Notes: generated by a model not told the origin, from the letters alone. Counted from the whole stretch's first letter, positions 13,900 to 27,112 are shown. The stretch: 63,801 bases of DNA, filler included, from Octopus bimaculoides (GCF_001194135.2; 7 parts of 7 records of this genome joined end to end with filler, not necessarily neighbours in it); one strand, 5' to 3'. Numbers and translations are program-made.

Positions 13900-14232
13900 A
13901 AGTTTGGGGTAGGGAGCTAGTCGATGGCATCGATCCAATGCTTAACTGGTATTTATTTCATTATCCCCTAAATGATGAAAGACAAAGTCAACTTCAGCAG
14001 CATTTGAACTCAGAACGTAAAGCCAGAAGAGATGCAGCTTAGCATTTTTTCCTGCGTGCTAACGATTCGGCCAGCTCACCGCCTTGGAGCCGGTACAAAT
14101 AATTTTTTCTGCTATAGGCACAAGGCCTGAAATTTAGTCGACTACATCAACTTCAATGCTCAACTGGTACTTATTTTATCGACTCCGAAAAGACGAAAGG
14201 CAAAACTCGAACAAATAACACAAAGTATTTGG
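13900..14232 (-). mobile_element. Two adjacent copies of the second SINE family
   Basis: gatgaaagacaaagtcaac..tttgaactcagaacgt..ccagctcaccgcc, followed by a partial copy. Confidence 0.75.
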
Positions 14233-14779
14233 TCCGGCGTTCTCTGATAATTGGTGAAGCGTCGGACGAAATATCTTGCAGCATCTGGTTAAATTTTTCT
14301 ACGTTCAAAGTCGCACCACGGTTCGCTGTTTGCCTTTTCTCCTTCGTAGATCGATAAAATAAAGAACCAGTCAAGTACTAGAGTTGATATAATCGATAAT
14401 AATTTCCCATTGTGCCTATTTTGGAAATCATATGTGTGCTTTTGGCCATTGTAGGAGACTGCAATGATAGTCCTTTTCCAGTTACAAAATTTTTCTATTA
14501 CCCTATTTCAACTCCTAAGTTATGTAATTTGTATAGAAACAAAGAATTCTCTCTCTATTGTGTGCGTGTGCGTGTGCGTGCGCGTGCGCGTGCGCGTGCT
14601 TATCAATGGATAGATAGATAGATAGATAGATAGATAGAATTTGGCTATCTGAACCTGGCGAGGTAGATTTCTGTAAGAAACCAACGAAACTTATGTTGCA
14701 TGGGGCCAAATTAAACTGTTTTAGATAATAATAATAATAATAATAACAATAATAATAATAATAATAATAATAATCTTTT

Positions 14780-14961
14780 CTACTCAAGGCACAAAGTCCG
14801 AAATTTTGGGGGAGGGGGCTAGTCGATTAGATCGACCAGTATGCAACTGGTACTTAATTTATCGACCCCGAAAGGATGAAAGGCAAAGTCGACCTCGGCG
14901 GAATTTGAACTCAGAAACGTAAAGACAGGCGAAATACCGCTAGGCATTTCGCCCGGCGTGC
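14780..14961 (-). mobile_element. Second SINE family copy, low divergence
   Basis: atcgaccccgaaaggatgaaaggcaaagtcgacctcggcggaatttgaactcagaa. Confidence 0.85.
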
Positions 14962-14974
14962 CGTGTTTGTGTGT

Positions 14975-15165
14975 GCATGTGTCCACCACCACCGCTTGAC
15001 AACCGGTGTTGGTTTGTTTACGTCCCGTAACATAGCAGAAAGAGACCGATAGTAACAGGCTTTGAAAAACAATAATTACTGGGATCGATTTGTTCGACTC
15101 AAACCTTCAAGGCGGTGCCTCAGCATAGCCACGTGGTCTAATGAGTGAAACAAATAAAAATATAA
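14975..15165 (+). mobile_element. CORE-SINE tail fragment
   Basis: ccgcttgacaaccggtgttgg..acgtcccgtaac..gactcaaaccttcaaggcggtgcc. Confidence 0.75.
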
Positions 15166-15599
15166 AGACATTCACGTTTGTTTTTATGTGAAGTTACTTA
15201 TAAAAACAACTTAGCATTAAAACTGAAGGATTGCTCAGAACTTTGAAGTACATGCTTTAAAGCTTAACAGCTGGTAAGCCGATACTTCGAAGTCACTGTC
15301 AACCTTTCCTTTACAAAAATGTATGTGTATATATATATGTATTTCTCAATCCTTGTGCGTGTGTGTGTGTGTACGCGCACACACATTTGTATATGTGTGT
15401 TAATTTTCTGTTAGATGGACACATCAGTTTATCNNNNNNNNNNNNNNNNNNNNNNNNNNNNNNNNNNNNNNNNNNNNTTAATTAATTAANNNNNNNNNNN
15501 NNNNNNNNNNNNNNNNNNNNNNNNNNNNNNNNNTGTGTGTGTGTGTGTGTGTGTGTGTTTGTGCGTGTATGTGTGTGAATATGCATGTATATTCTTTTA

Positions 15600-15913
15600 T
15601 TCTATTGTTTTAGCAATTTGACTGCGGCCATGCTAGAGCACCGCCTTTAGTCGAGAAAATCGACCCCAAGATTTATTCTTTGGAAGTCTAGTTCTTATTC
15701 TATCGGTTTCTCCGCCGAACCGCCAAGTTACAGGGACGCAAACACACCAGCATCAGTTGTCAAGCGATGTTAGGGAGACAAACACAGACACACAAACATA
15801 TATATATACGACGGGCTTCTTTCAGTTTCCGTCTACCAAATCCACTCACAAGGCTTTGGTCGGCCCGGGGCTATAGTAGAAGACACTTGCCCAAGGTCCC
15901 ACGCAGTGGGACT
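15600..15913 (-). mobile_element. CORE-type SINE, truncated by gap
   Basis: Reverse complement of tail and body; gacacttgcccaagg core. Confidence 0.85.
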
Positions 15914-15923
15914 NNNNNNNNNN

Positions 15924-15957
<34 letters not shown>

Positions 15958-16132
15958 GCCCAAGTAGTTTTATTTGTTTATTTGCATCATTCTTTTTCTC
16001 ACTTTTTCTTTCTAGATATATGTATGTATGCATATATACATGTGTGTGTGTGAGTGTGTTAATATTTCGCTATTAATATTACGATATTAATAAATTTGTG
16101 CTAGAACTCAATATACATATGCTTCAGAATAA

Positions 16133-16203
16133 AGCATTAATCGAGTACATAGCATTAATCGAGTATAGATCATTAATCGAGTACAAAGCATTAATCGAGT
16201 ACA
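16133..16203. repeat. 18-bp tandem repeat x4
   Basis: agcattaatcgagtac(at) units with no spacers. Confidence 0.9.
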
Positions 16204-16383
16204 GAATTCAATAAACAGCAGAAGAACAAAAAAATTATGCAATGAACTAACTCACAACTGTTTCTGCTGCACTGGGGTCGCTTCGATCAACGAAAATCTT
16301 CAAGCTGGTGGTTCACCTTGGCCGTAGTCTAATGACAGAAAGAAGTAACAGATAAATTTTATATGTATACACACACACCCACA

Positions 16384-16415
<32 letters not shown>

Positions 16416-16660
16416 TACGTATCTATCACATATATATATATATATAGGTTGTCCCTTTACTATCACCACTAGATAAGAAACAATAGAATTCTGAGACAGT
16501 TAAAACTTTTGTCTAGAATCAATTACTAGCCTGATAGACCCCGCTATGTGAAGATGGACTTATATATTCTTCCTCACATTTGGATTTTATATGCTCTCTC
16601 CCACTTTATATGCTCTCTCCCACATAATATGTCTTTTTTCTACATTTTCTACATTTTTCG

Positions 16661-16749
16661 TGCAGCTGAAGATTGCTCTTCATATTGCATTTAAGGTAAT
16701 GCTCACATTACTTAAATAAATTGAAGTAGCATGAAACGTGCGTACTGCA
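16661..16749 (+). ncRNA. Type I hammerhead ribozyme motif with long stem II
   Basis: Stem I tgcag/ctgca; CUGAAGA 16666-16672; extended stem II; GAAA 16733-16736; stem III acg/cgt; GUA 16742-16744. Confidence 0.8.
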
Positions 16750-16854
16750 ATCACTTTTGAAATCCGTGTTGCTTATTATTTGATTTTAATCACCCATCCT
16801 TTTGGGATGCGATATTCGGGTGCCTTCGCATAAGTACCATATTCAAACCTTGAA

Positions 16855-16893
<39 letters not shown>

Positions 16894-18104
16894 TAAATAT
16901 TCTGAATATGATTCAAGGCGGTAACAGTTTGAACAAAAGAACAGAGAACAGAGCTGTTGGTGCCTTGTATGCATGAGGCTAAGTATCTTTTATGCAATAC
17001 TAGCTTCCTTGAATTTCGTTCTGGCGGAGAAAAATGTTGGCTTCAAAATGTTTAAATAACTATTGGTATATGCTCTAATACGTGTGGATGCAAGTCTATA
17101 TATGCGTATGTATATATATGCTTATGTGTATATGTATGCGTGCATATATAACTCTGTGTACGTCGGTGTGTATGAGTGGGCGTAAATGTACATATATGTA
17201 TCTGCACTGGCGCATGGAAAATGAACACACATATTCATGGTTTAAAAATAGGTATTACTTAAAAGAATACATTTCAAACGTAATAGGTCGTCCTCAATAG
17301 CTACGCCGCCACTAAAAGAAATTGTTAATCAATCACGTGCTTTCATAATTGTTCAATGTGAAAATCTGTGTTACGTTGACTATATATTGAAAGACGTGCA
17401 GAAACACATACGCGCGCGCACAAGCAAACAAAAACAATAACTATTTGTATTAGTATTTTTTATATTTATGTTGCGTTTTTTATCAAAATCTTTAGTTACT
17501 AGGGTGACAACACTACGTATTTATCTATCTTTGTCACACACGCACTCTCACACTATTTCTCTCTCAAAAAAGACTGTTTCTCCTCCCTTTCTTCCTTCTC
17601 TCTCCACAGATTTTATTGCAGACAGATAGATAGACTGGCATAATTGTCTCTTTTATAACATGAGCTTTAAACAATAACACAATTTCATGAAATTAATATA
17701 GTGACTTCGTTCGTATGAAATTTAAGACGTTCATCATATTACCAGAACTAGAAATGAAATCAAAAACGTAAACTCGAAAGGTTTCTAAACAAAAGAACCA
17801 AGGAATAAGCATTTCCTTCGAAGTTTTCATTTCATATTTCGAACAATATTCAGACAATGAATATTGCAAAAGAAAAGGAAACTTGGTTTACCAGCTGATA
17901 CTCGGAAATGAATAATTCTGAATACTGGAAATCGAAGTTATAATGTATTAAAGAATACTCTACACCACTTTTATCGCCCTATAATTTATCACTTCTGATG
18001 ATTCAACACCTACATACATATTCTATCAGTCCCTTTTTTGGTCAAACTGCTTAGTTACAGTAAAGTAAACAATCCAACACCGGCTGTCAAGCAGTGGTGC
18101 GGGA

Positions 18105-18140
<36 letters not shown>

Positions 18141-18234
18141 TCTAAGCACTCAACAGGGGAAAATCAATGAAAGTGATATGGAAGCTCAGACAAATACGGA
18201 GAAAATTGCTTTGTGTATATACATAGCGTGTGTG

Positions 18235-18299
<65 letters not shown>

Positions 18300-18716
18300 A
18301 CACATATATGTATATATATACATGTATGTATATATATATTCACTCGCAAACATTGCTGCGTGCGTTTAACGTATCTATAAAGGATAACGTGTATGTATGT
18401 TAATAAGTGTGTTAGTGTGTGTGCGCGCGCGTGTTGGTGGGTATATATGAAGAGATGACACTGATAGGTGTCGTATTACTCAGACGCGATCAAACCCTTC
18501 AATAGATATTGATTGAAATCCGAAACTTGCTTTCAAACCTTTTTCGCTTTCTCTATCTCCATGTGTGACAACATTATCTCGGCTCCATTATATATTCGCT
18601 TCTCGGTCTGTAACTATATACAATTATATATATATATGTGTGTTTGCGTGTGTGTACAATTATGTAAGTGTGTGTATATATATATATGTATACATATGTA
18701 TGTATGTATGTATTTA

Positions 18717-18830
18717 GGCGCCGGAGTGGCTGTGTGGTAAGTAGCTTGCTTCGCAATCACATGGTCGCGGGTTCATTCCCAATGAGCAAGTGTCTTCTAC
18801 TATAGCCCCGGGCTGAGCAAGACCTTATCA
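18717..18830 (+). mobile_element. CORE-type SINE 5' part, interrupted by a hAT element
   Basis: ggcgccggagtggctgtgtggtaagtagcttgc head; ends where the hAT TIR starts. Confidence 0.75.
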
Positions 18831-19072
18831 CAGTGGTTTTCAAACTGTGGTCCGCGGACCACAGAGGTCCGCAAGGACAAAACAGGGGGTCCGTGAACAG
18901 CAAATACTTTTTATGGGCAATTTGATTTTATATATGGTTTTTAATCGAAATCTTTTAATTGACAATAAACTTATTTGTTAAATACTGTTAAATAAACAAA
19001 TGTAAAAATATATGTTATTTTAAGCAAATATTTATGTATAAATTTCATAAGCGTATATAAGGGGGTCTCTAA
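18831..19072 (+). mobile_element. hAT (Charlie-like) element end running into gap
   Basis: CAGTGGTTTTCAAACTGTGGTCCGCGGACC terminus and gggggtccgtga subterminal motif typical of hAT-Charlie ends. Confidence 0.65.
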
Positions 19073-19766
19073 NNNNNNNNNNNNNNNNNNNNNNNNNNNN
19101 NNNNNNNNNNNNNNNNNNNNNNNNNNNNNNNNNNNNNNNNNNNNNNNNNNNNNNNNNNNNNNNNNNNNNNNNNNNNNNNNNNNNNNNNNNNNNNNNNNNN
19201 NNNNNNNNNNNNNNNNNNNNNNNNNNNNNNNNNNNNNNNNNNNNNNNNNNNNNNNNNNNNNNNNNNNNNNNNNNNNNNNNNNNNNNNNNNNNNNNNNNNN
19301 NNNNNNNNNNNNNNNNNNNNNNNNNNNNNNNNNNNNNNNNNNNNNNNNNNNNNNNNNNNNNNNNNNNNNNNNNNNNNNNNNNNNNNNNNNNNNNNNNNNN
19401 NNNNNNNNNNNNNNNNNNNNNNNNNNNNNNNNNNNNNNNNNNNNNNNNNNNNNNNNNNNNNNNNNNNNNNNNNNNNNNNNNNNNNNNNNNNNNNNNNNNN
19501 NNNNNNNNNNNNNNNNNNNNNNNNNNNNNNNNNNNNNNNNNNNNNNNNNNNNNNNNNNNNNNNNNNNNNNNNNNNNNNNNNNNNNNNNNNNNNNNNNNNN
19601 NNNNNNNNNNNNNNNNNNNNNNNNNNNNNNNNNNNNNNNNNNNNNNNNNNNNNNNNNNNNNNNNNNNNNNNNNNNNNNNNNNNNNNNNNNNNNNNNNNNN
19701 NNNNNNNNNNNNNNNNNNNNNNNNNNNNNNNNNNNNNNNNNNNNNNNNNNNNNNNNNNNNNNNNNN

Positions 19767-19799
<33 letters not shown>

Positions 19800-20078
19800 A
19801 ATATTCTATAATTATAATCATAATTATAATCAGAGGTCAGCTAATTGCTTCGCCACGCACTGAATTAGAAATAGACGCTAAATGCCTCTTTTACTACCAT
19901 AAAGATGTCCATTTTTTATTTTACGTAGGCAATAATTTACCTAAAAAGGTTATTTTATCAAATCAACTGGAACACTCTTCGTTGTTTAAACCGATGGAGA
20001 GTCAGGCTATATGTATAACTGCCCGAACAAGAGTCAACATGTCCAGATCGACATAAACTCACATATCGTAATTTCATT

Positions 20079-20121
20079 TACTTCTGATGATCGACTTTTG
20101 TGCCCGAAATACGTAAAGGTA
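20079..20121 (+). ncRNA. Degenerate type I hammerhead motif
   Basis: tactt-CUGAUGA(20084-20090)-eroded stem II-GAAA(20106-20109)-tac-GUA-aaggta. Confidence 0.5.
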
Positions 20122-20451
20122 TCGTACCCTTATCTGATTGTTAGAAGCACACCTTTCTTTCTTTTTTTGTTATTTTACTTTTGTATCGCAATGCTTTCAG
20201 CAAACCACAACAGTCAACGTTCCTTTCTGTTTTTTCTACTAACATATTCAGGCAAATTTTTGTCATACGAGGGCTTCCTTGTAATGTCATTTTCTAGAGA
20301 CAATATGGATAAAGAATTTAAGCGCTCTTCAGTCACGGTAGACCGAAATTTGTTAACTTTCAGATAGCTTTGAGAAATTCCTTTCAGCTTCACAGCTCGA
20401 GGTAGACATTGTCAAGTACAGTTTGAGCTTATGTGCAGGAGAAATAACGGA

Positions 20452-20550
20452 AAGCAGGCGAAGTGGCTGAAGCGTTAGAACGTTGGGCAAAACTGCTAAG
20501 CGGCCTTTCTTCCGTCTTTACGTACTGAGTTCAAATTCCGCCAGATTCAA
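20452..20550 (+). mobile_element. Second SINE family 5' fragment
   Basis: ggcgaagtggctgaagcgttag..tgagttcaaattccgcc. Confidence 0.65.
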
Positions 20551-20959
20551 ACGAGCGTAGAAACATTACTTTTTTCCATTATTAGATTTATCTACTTTGA
20601 TTGATGTACTAATGTAATCTTCTAATAATTCTGCGCGAGGGTAATGATTGGATAGTAAAAAGTGTATTTATTTTTAATTGAACTAAGTCTTTTGTATCAC
20701 CTATCACTTAACGAATGTGCATAAGTGCAATTCCATGTAATATTCACCCTTATTTGTTTGGCAGATATATGCAATTTAATCGAAAGTTGTATCATATGTA
20801 CAAGATATTTTTGTTTTTGTTTATGGGAGAAATGGAAAAATAAGAGTGAATATCTATTTTATGAGTGCTGTGTATTATAAAATCGTGCGTAAAATATATG
20901 AAGTGTATATATAAAGTGCATTCAGTAAGCATCGTATTCCAATTTCATTCACATTTCAA

Positions 20960-21230
20960 TGAGTTGCAGATGTGCGACTATCTTTCCAGACAGACACAAC
21001 ACAGGCTACACTTTCGGGTTTTTGGGATACAGCTTGATAAGGGGCAATACCCCGAAACCAGTCTGTAGATGCCAGACCACATCCGGAAAGAAAGGTGCCC
21101 GTTCTCAAACCTTTCACCAATGACAGCCACACAACCTCTTTTGCACGTCCAAATCCAGTGACCCGAGGCCGTTGGGAGAGCGTTCTTGCTTCCAAAGCGA
21201 CCCCAGGCCACGCAGGTTTAGACGTCCTAT
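20960..21230 (-). pseudogene. Possible LINE ORF2 C-terminal relic (L1/Tx1-like)
   Basis: Frame reading AKEVVWLSLVKGLRTGTFLSG in a GC-rich island; resemblance judged by eye only. Confidence 0.35.
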
Positions 21231-22052
21231 CTTAAGCAAAACTAAGAAAATGATGCACTACCTACTTTTTGAGCTGCGGTGAGGGTGAGAGGTTTTTCTC
21301 ACTTTTCTGGGTGGCTGTGCGAGTTTCCACGATCATGTATAAACTTTTGTATAAACTTTTCGCTATTGTACTTTGCAGATTACCCATCGCATTGGAATGG
21401 GTTCTTTTAAGTCAATGAAGGTTGTGTTAGCAGTTTGGATGTGAGGTCGACCGTTAGGTGGTGTACACAGAAAATCTGAACCCGGAACAATGTGGTTAGG
21501 AATCAAATTTCTTACCACACGGCCACTCTTGCACTTATGTATGCGGACAGTTGTTGAGCTGATGATTATGAAGCCCGAAACACATGTCCACGACTCTCCT
21601 CTTGTCACCAGACAATGAAGTTGTTCCTTTCGTTAATGGTACATCAGCTTTAGGGACTATTTGGTTCTCAAGATTATCTCTCCTTTTCAAATAGACCTTG
21701 TCATAATTACCATTTGGAGATGATTTTAATCAATCATGAAGTTTTATTTGTATGGTGTTTGATATACCTGTATTTGTTATATATATTCGTGCATATGAGC
21801 GCGCGCGGTGTGCCTGTGCGTGCGTGTACATAGACGAAGTGCCATGTGATGGGACTGAACATGGAATCAAATGTTTAGCAAGCAAACTTCTCAACTGCAT
21901 AACCGCACTTCTGCTCATCTATCTATCTAGCTATCTATCTTTCTATCTATCATTCTTACTATCTATCTATCTATCTATATCTATCTATCTCTTTTTCTGT
22001 CTCCTGCAGTTTCTGAGAGGGGCAAAGTATCTCCGATTTTAAATTCCCTCCT

Positions 22053-22084
<32 letters not shown>

Positions 22085-22409
22085 TANNNNNNNNNNNNNN
22101 NNNNNNNNNNNNNNNNNNNNNNNNNNNNNNNNNNNNNNNNNNNNNNNNNNNNNNNNNNNNNNNNNNNNNNNNNNNNNNNNNNNNNNNNNNNNNNNNNNNN
22201 NNNNNNNNNNNNNNNNNNNNNNNNNNNNNNNNNNNNNNNNNNNNNNNNNNNNNNNNNNNNNNNNNNNNNNNNNNNNNNNNNNNNNNNNNNNNNNNNNNNN
22301 NNNNNNNNNNNNNNNNNNNNNNNNNNNNNNNNNNNNNNNNNNNNNNNNNNNNNNNNNNNNNNNNNNNNNNNNNNNNNNNNNNNNNNNNNNNNNNNNNNNN
22401 NNNNNNNNN

Positions 22410-22445
<36 letters not shown>

Positions 22446-22687
22446 TGCGCACACACAAAATTCGCTGCTAGCGATCAGGTTTCAATTTATGTCTGTTTAA
22501 CATACAGTTTTACTACCGTGTCATTGCTTGTATTTTATGGTGAATTTCGATGCCGCTATTACCGTTACTACTACTACTATTACTACTACTATTACTACTA
22601 CTACTAATTATTATTATTATTATTATTATCATTATTATTATTATCTAATGTAGAGTATAGTAATTAGTTTTGCTGTAGCTCTTGGTG

Positions 22688-23080
22688 TTGTTGTTTAACC
22701 CCCGGTCAGTCGTGATCCAGACAGACCTATGATCAAAAATGTTCTACCTGTGACCATCCCATCTTTTATTCAGACATAATGCTTCTATGTATAGCATAGG
22801 ATTTAATACTAATGAGTATGGTTGTTGTTTAACCTCAGGTCAGTCCTGATCCAGATAGACCTATGATCAAAGATGTTCCAGCATGGCCATCACATCTTTT
22901 ATTAAGACATAGTGTATCTAGGACTACATTATCTCATGTATAGTATATAAGTTAATATTAGTTTTGCTATAGTTCTTGTTGTTGTCGAGCCTGCAGACAA
23001 TCTGATCCAAATAGACCTATGATCATAAATTTTCCAGCCGTGGCCATTCCATCTGTTAGTCATACATAGGACTACATTAA
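22688..23080 (+). repeat. Three tandem diverged units of a dispersed repeat (agacctatgatcaaa family)
   Basis: ttgtt..cagtc.tgatccaga.agacctatgatca three times; related pieces near 8960, 11000-11200 (-) and 12710-12890. Confidence 0.7.
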
Positions 23081-23479
23081 CTTTTCTGTTTGGCGGCTAC
23101 TTTTCAATATCCTCAATTTTTGTTCCATTTGATCTCATACTTCGTGTATTGGTGTAGTTTTGTATGATAACCAGTGACACGAAATTCACTTTCACAATAA
23201 AACAATAAATAATGAGTTAATAGTTTTGCAAGTTTTGAGTAATTCTAGCCAATCAAAAGCCACAGATGCCTGTTTCCATGGTAGCAAACCAAGCTGCTTA
23301 CTCACACGGTCATTTTTCGTTTATACACATGAGGTATGAGGTGGTCGTGAGATGTGCTAAAATAGGCTTTATATCATACATCATAAAAAAGTTATGAGGA
23401 GTTACATGGCGGGCATAAAGCAGAACTCCGCCAATATTTCATTTGTTTCTAGTTGACAAAAAATGACAGCTTCCAAATT

Positions 23480-23680
23480 TATATATTCTTTTATTTGTTT
23501 CAGTCATTTGACTGAGGCCAGGCTGGAGCACCGCCTTTTAGTCGAGCAAATCGACCCCACGGATTATTCCTTGTAAGCCTAGTACTTATTCTATCGGTCT
23601 CTCTTGCCTAACCGCTATTTGACGGGGACCTAAACACACCAGCATCGGTTGTCAAGCAGTGTTGGGGAGACAAACACAGA
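23480..23680 (-). mobile_element. CORE-SINE tail
   Basis: gtttcagtcatttgactg..gagcaccgcc..gtcgagcaaatcgacccca..gttgtcaagc. Confidence 0.85.
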
Positions 23681-23684
23681 TACA

Positions 23685-23739
<55 letters not shown>

Positions 23740-24868
23740 TTTTATTTATTTATTTATTTATTTATGGGTTTCAGCCAAGTGGCTGCGGTCATGCTGGTGC
23801 ACCACCGTGATTTTCCGTCTTTATGCTGTGTTCTCTTCACGTTCCTTGCATGGCTCTTCTCCCCCACCTGACATGGTCCAATCAAGAGTTTTGATGGCAC
23901 ATCTGGTGNNNNNNNNNNNNNNNNNNNNNNNNNNNNNNNNNNNNNNNNNNNNNNNNNNNNNNNNNNNNNNNNNNNNNNNNNNNNNNNNNNNNNNNNNNNN
24001 NNNNNNNNNNNNNNNNNNNNNNNNNNNNNNNNNNNNNNNNNNNNNNNNNNNNNNNNNNNNNNNNNNNNNNNNNNNNNNNNNNNNNNNNNNNNNNNNNNNN
24101 NNNNNNNNNNNNNNNNNNNNNNNNNNNNNNNNNNNNNNNNNNNNNNNNNNNNNNNNNNNNNNNNNNNNNNNNNNNNNNNNNNNNNNNNNNNNNNNNNNNN
24201 NNNNNNNNNNNNNNNNNNNNNNNNNNNNNNNNNNNNNNNNNNNNNNNNNNNNNNNNNNNNNNNNNNNNNNNNNNNNNNNNNNNNNNNNNNNNNNNNNNNN
24301 NNNNNNNNNNNNNNNNNNNNNNNNNNNNNNNNNNNNNNNNNNNNNNNNNNNNNNNNNNNNNNNNNNNNNNNNNNNNNNNNNNNNNNNNNNNNNNNNNNNN
24401 NNNNNNNNNNNNNNNNNNNNNNNNNNNNNNNNNNNNNNNNNNNNNNNNNNNNNNNNNNNNNNNNNNNNNNNNNNNNNNNNNNNNNNNNNNNNNNNNNNNN
24501 NNNNNNNNNNNNNNNNNNNNNNNNNNNNNNNNNNNNNNNNNNNNNNNNNNNNNNNNNNNNNNNNNNNNNNNNNNNNNNNNNNNNNNNNNNNNNNNNNNNN
24601 NNNNNNNNNNNNNNNNNNNNNNNNNNNNNNNNNNNNNNNNNNNNNNNNNNNNNNNNNNNNNNNNNNNNNNNNNNNNNNNNNNNNNNNNNNNNNNNNNNNN
24701 NNNNNNNNNNNNNNNNNNNNNNNNNNNNNNNNNNNNNNNNNNNNNNNNNNNNNNNNNNNNNNNNNNNNNNNNNNNNNNNNNNNNNNNNNNNNNNNNNNNN
24801 NNNNNNNNNNNNNNNNNNNNNNNNNNNNNNNNNNNNNNNNNNNNNNNNNNNNNNNNNNNNNNNNNNNN

Positions 24869-24924
<56 letters not shown>

Positions 24925-25237
24925 ATAGTAGTAGTAGTAGTAGTAGCGTGTGTATGTGTGTGGTGGGGGAATTTTGGCTCTCGACAGGACGGCATTGGTC
25001 TTTAATCATCGGTGACTGCAAAATAAAATTACGGAGATTTTCGTATAACGCTTGTTTACTTTGTCACCGCATACGACGAACTCGGTTTAATGAGGGCTTA
25101 GAAATACGGGGAGAGAGCAGGGGCCGGAAGACAGGAAGAAAGAGAAGAAGCAGGTGTGTGTGCGCGTGTGTGTAAAGTGTACATAACTTTATACCACAGC
25201 GTGCTTATAGACATACATACATACATACATACATACA

Positions 25238-25514
25238 TTTCGAAGCTTACAAAATTCTTTGAATGGTAAAACTTTCAATAATGATGATTACCCGAAATTG
25301 CACTTGCTTCAGTTTTTGGCTGATAAGGACCAGAAGTTCTATGAGCACGGAATCATGAAGTTGCCAGAAAGATGGCAAATCGTCATCGAACAAAATGGAA
25401 AATATATTTTAATCAATTATATAATTTATTAAAATGCATTTTCTTTCTTTGAAAAAAAAAAAAGACTTTTATTTCACAGTGAAAAACCTAAATTACTTTC
25501 TTGCCAACTCAATA
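25238..25514 (+). mobile_element. mariner transposase C-terminus plus 3' TIR (relic)
   Basis: Translates FRSLQNSLNGKTFNNDD..KDQKFYEHGIMKLPERWQIVIEQNGKY; ends aattactttcttgccaactcaaTA. Confidence 0.85.
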
Positions 25515-25519
25515 CATAC

Positions 25520-25685
25520 ATATGTATACGACGGGCTTCTTTCAGTTTCCGTCGTCCAAATCCACTCCCAAGCTTTTGGTCGGCTTGAGACTATAGTAGA
25601 AGACACTTGTCAAAGGTGCCATGCAGAGGAACGGAACCCAGATCAATGTAGTTGGCAAGCAAACTTCCTACTACACAGCCACGCC
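25520..25685 (-). mobile_element. CORE-type SINE head and body
   Basis: acgacgggcttctttcagtttccgtc..gacacttgtcaaagg..acacagccacgcct. Confidence 0.8.
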
Positions 25686-25850
25686 TGCAACGAATTCCTG
25701 GTTTGTTACCTGTCATTTTGTTGTGAATGGTAATATTCCTAAAATAATAGGTTAAATATAAACCTTAGTTTATAAATATTTAAATTAAAATTCAGAAAAT
25801 GGAGAAACAGCGTTTATAAAATTTATTAAAGGGAAAAATTTAACCTGTTT

Positions 25851-25932
25851 ACTTACAGCTGTTTCGGTTTTACCCAAACAATTAAATTCCGGAAGTTAAA
25901 CGATATTTATTGGGCAAATTCTCGTGAGATGA
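25851..25932 (-). ncRNA. Degenerate hammerhead motif (core CUCACGA)
   Basis: Minus strand: ctcacga..tttgcccaa/ttgggtaaa helix..GAAA-cagctGUA; same ACAGCUGU palindrome as 45988-46070. Confidence 0.5.
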
Positions 25933-26174
25933 ATAAAAAAGACATGTCCTTAGGTCATTACATATTATTTTATCCAAAGCATCTTTGGAAGAATAATATG
26001 TAATAACCTAAGGATATGTCCTTTTTACTCCTCTGAGGAACCGCTAAGTTACGGGGACGAAAACACACCATCATCGGTTCTCAGGCGATGTTGGGGACAA
26101 ACACAGACACAAACATATACACACAATCACGCACACATACATACACACATATATATAAACATATTTAACATGTT

Positions 26175-26217
<43 letters not shown>

Positions 26218-26447
26218 ATACATACATACATACAAAAATATAATATATAAATATAAATACATATTTAATGTATATATATATATATGTACACATATATATG
26301 TATATATACATTTACATATTATATATATATATGTATATATATTTTTGTATATGGTGCATCAGCATGGCCGCAGCTCTAAGCTGAAACTATAATAAAAAAA
26401 AAAATACGTACATATTTAATATATTCATATATATGTATGTATATGTG

Positions 26448-26478
<31 letters not shown>

Positions 26479-27112
26479 AACGCCGAAACTTCACGTTCAC
26501 ACGCACATTATTATACGTAAATATACATACACGTATGCATACATATAGACATACATACATACATATACGTATAAAAATATATATTGAATGAATTCACACA
26601 GACTTTCATCCAACCACCCATCCATACATACATACATACATACATATATGTGTTAAACATATGCGCACGAAGTCAATACCTATATGTAACACGAATACAC
26701 ACACAGAGAAGCGCGCGCAGGAGAATGATTCCTAGGTATTCTACACGCATAATGACGTATATACAGCCACCAAACAATTTAGCTCAATATATTCACCTCC
26801 TCTAGCCACCCGCAAACCTACCACATCCATATTTACCTTACCCTCGTCCTCCTCATAATAATAAAATGGCCCCCTCCCTTACACCCGACGAACACAAATA
26901 ATTAAATACATACCCACATTTATTATCCTTAATTAATTTCTGTCTGGGTCGGGACGACGATGACGTAGGGTAGGAGCGGCAAGCATACATACATACATAC
27001 ACATGTGTATATATATATATATATATGCGTGTGTGAGTGTGTGTGTGTGTGTATGTTTATGTATGTATATTCATACATACATACATATATATATATATGT
27101 ATATTTATATTC

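Noticed and set aside
16133-16203. CRISPR-like short repeats
   Set aside because: Direct tandem 18-mers with no spacers, no cas genes, eukaryotic context.
16245-16315. Minus-strand UUGAAGA..GAAACAGUUGUG hammerhead-like string (similar one near 30310-30400)
   Set aside because: Core altered, cleavage triplet ends in G, helices not consistent; at best very old relics.
18971-24995. Long ORFs spanning N runs or dinucleotide repeats (also at 27.3, 39.6, 57.7 and 61.0 kb)
   Set aside because: Artefacts of gaps and (CA)n/(TA)n translation.
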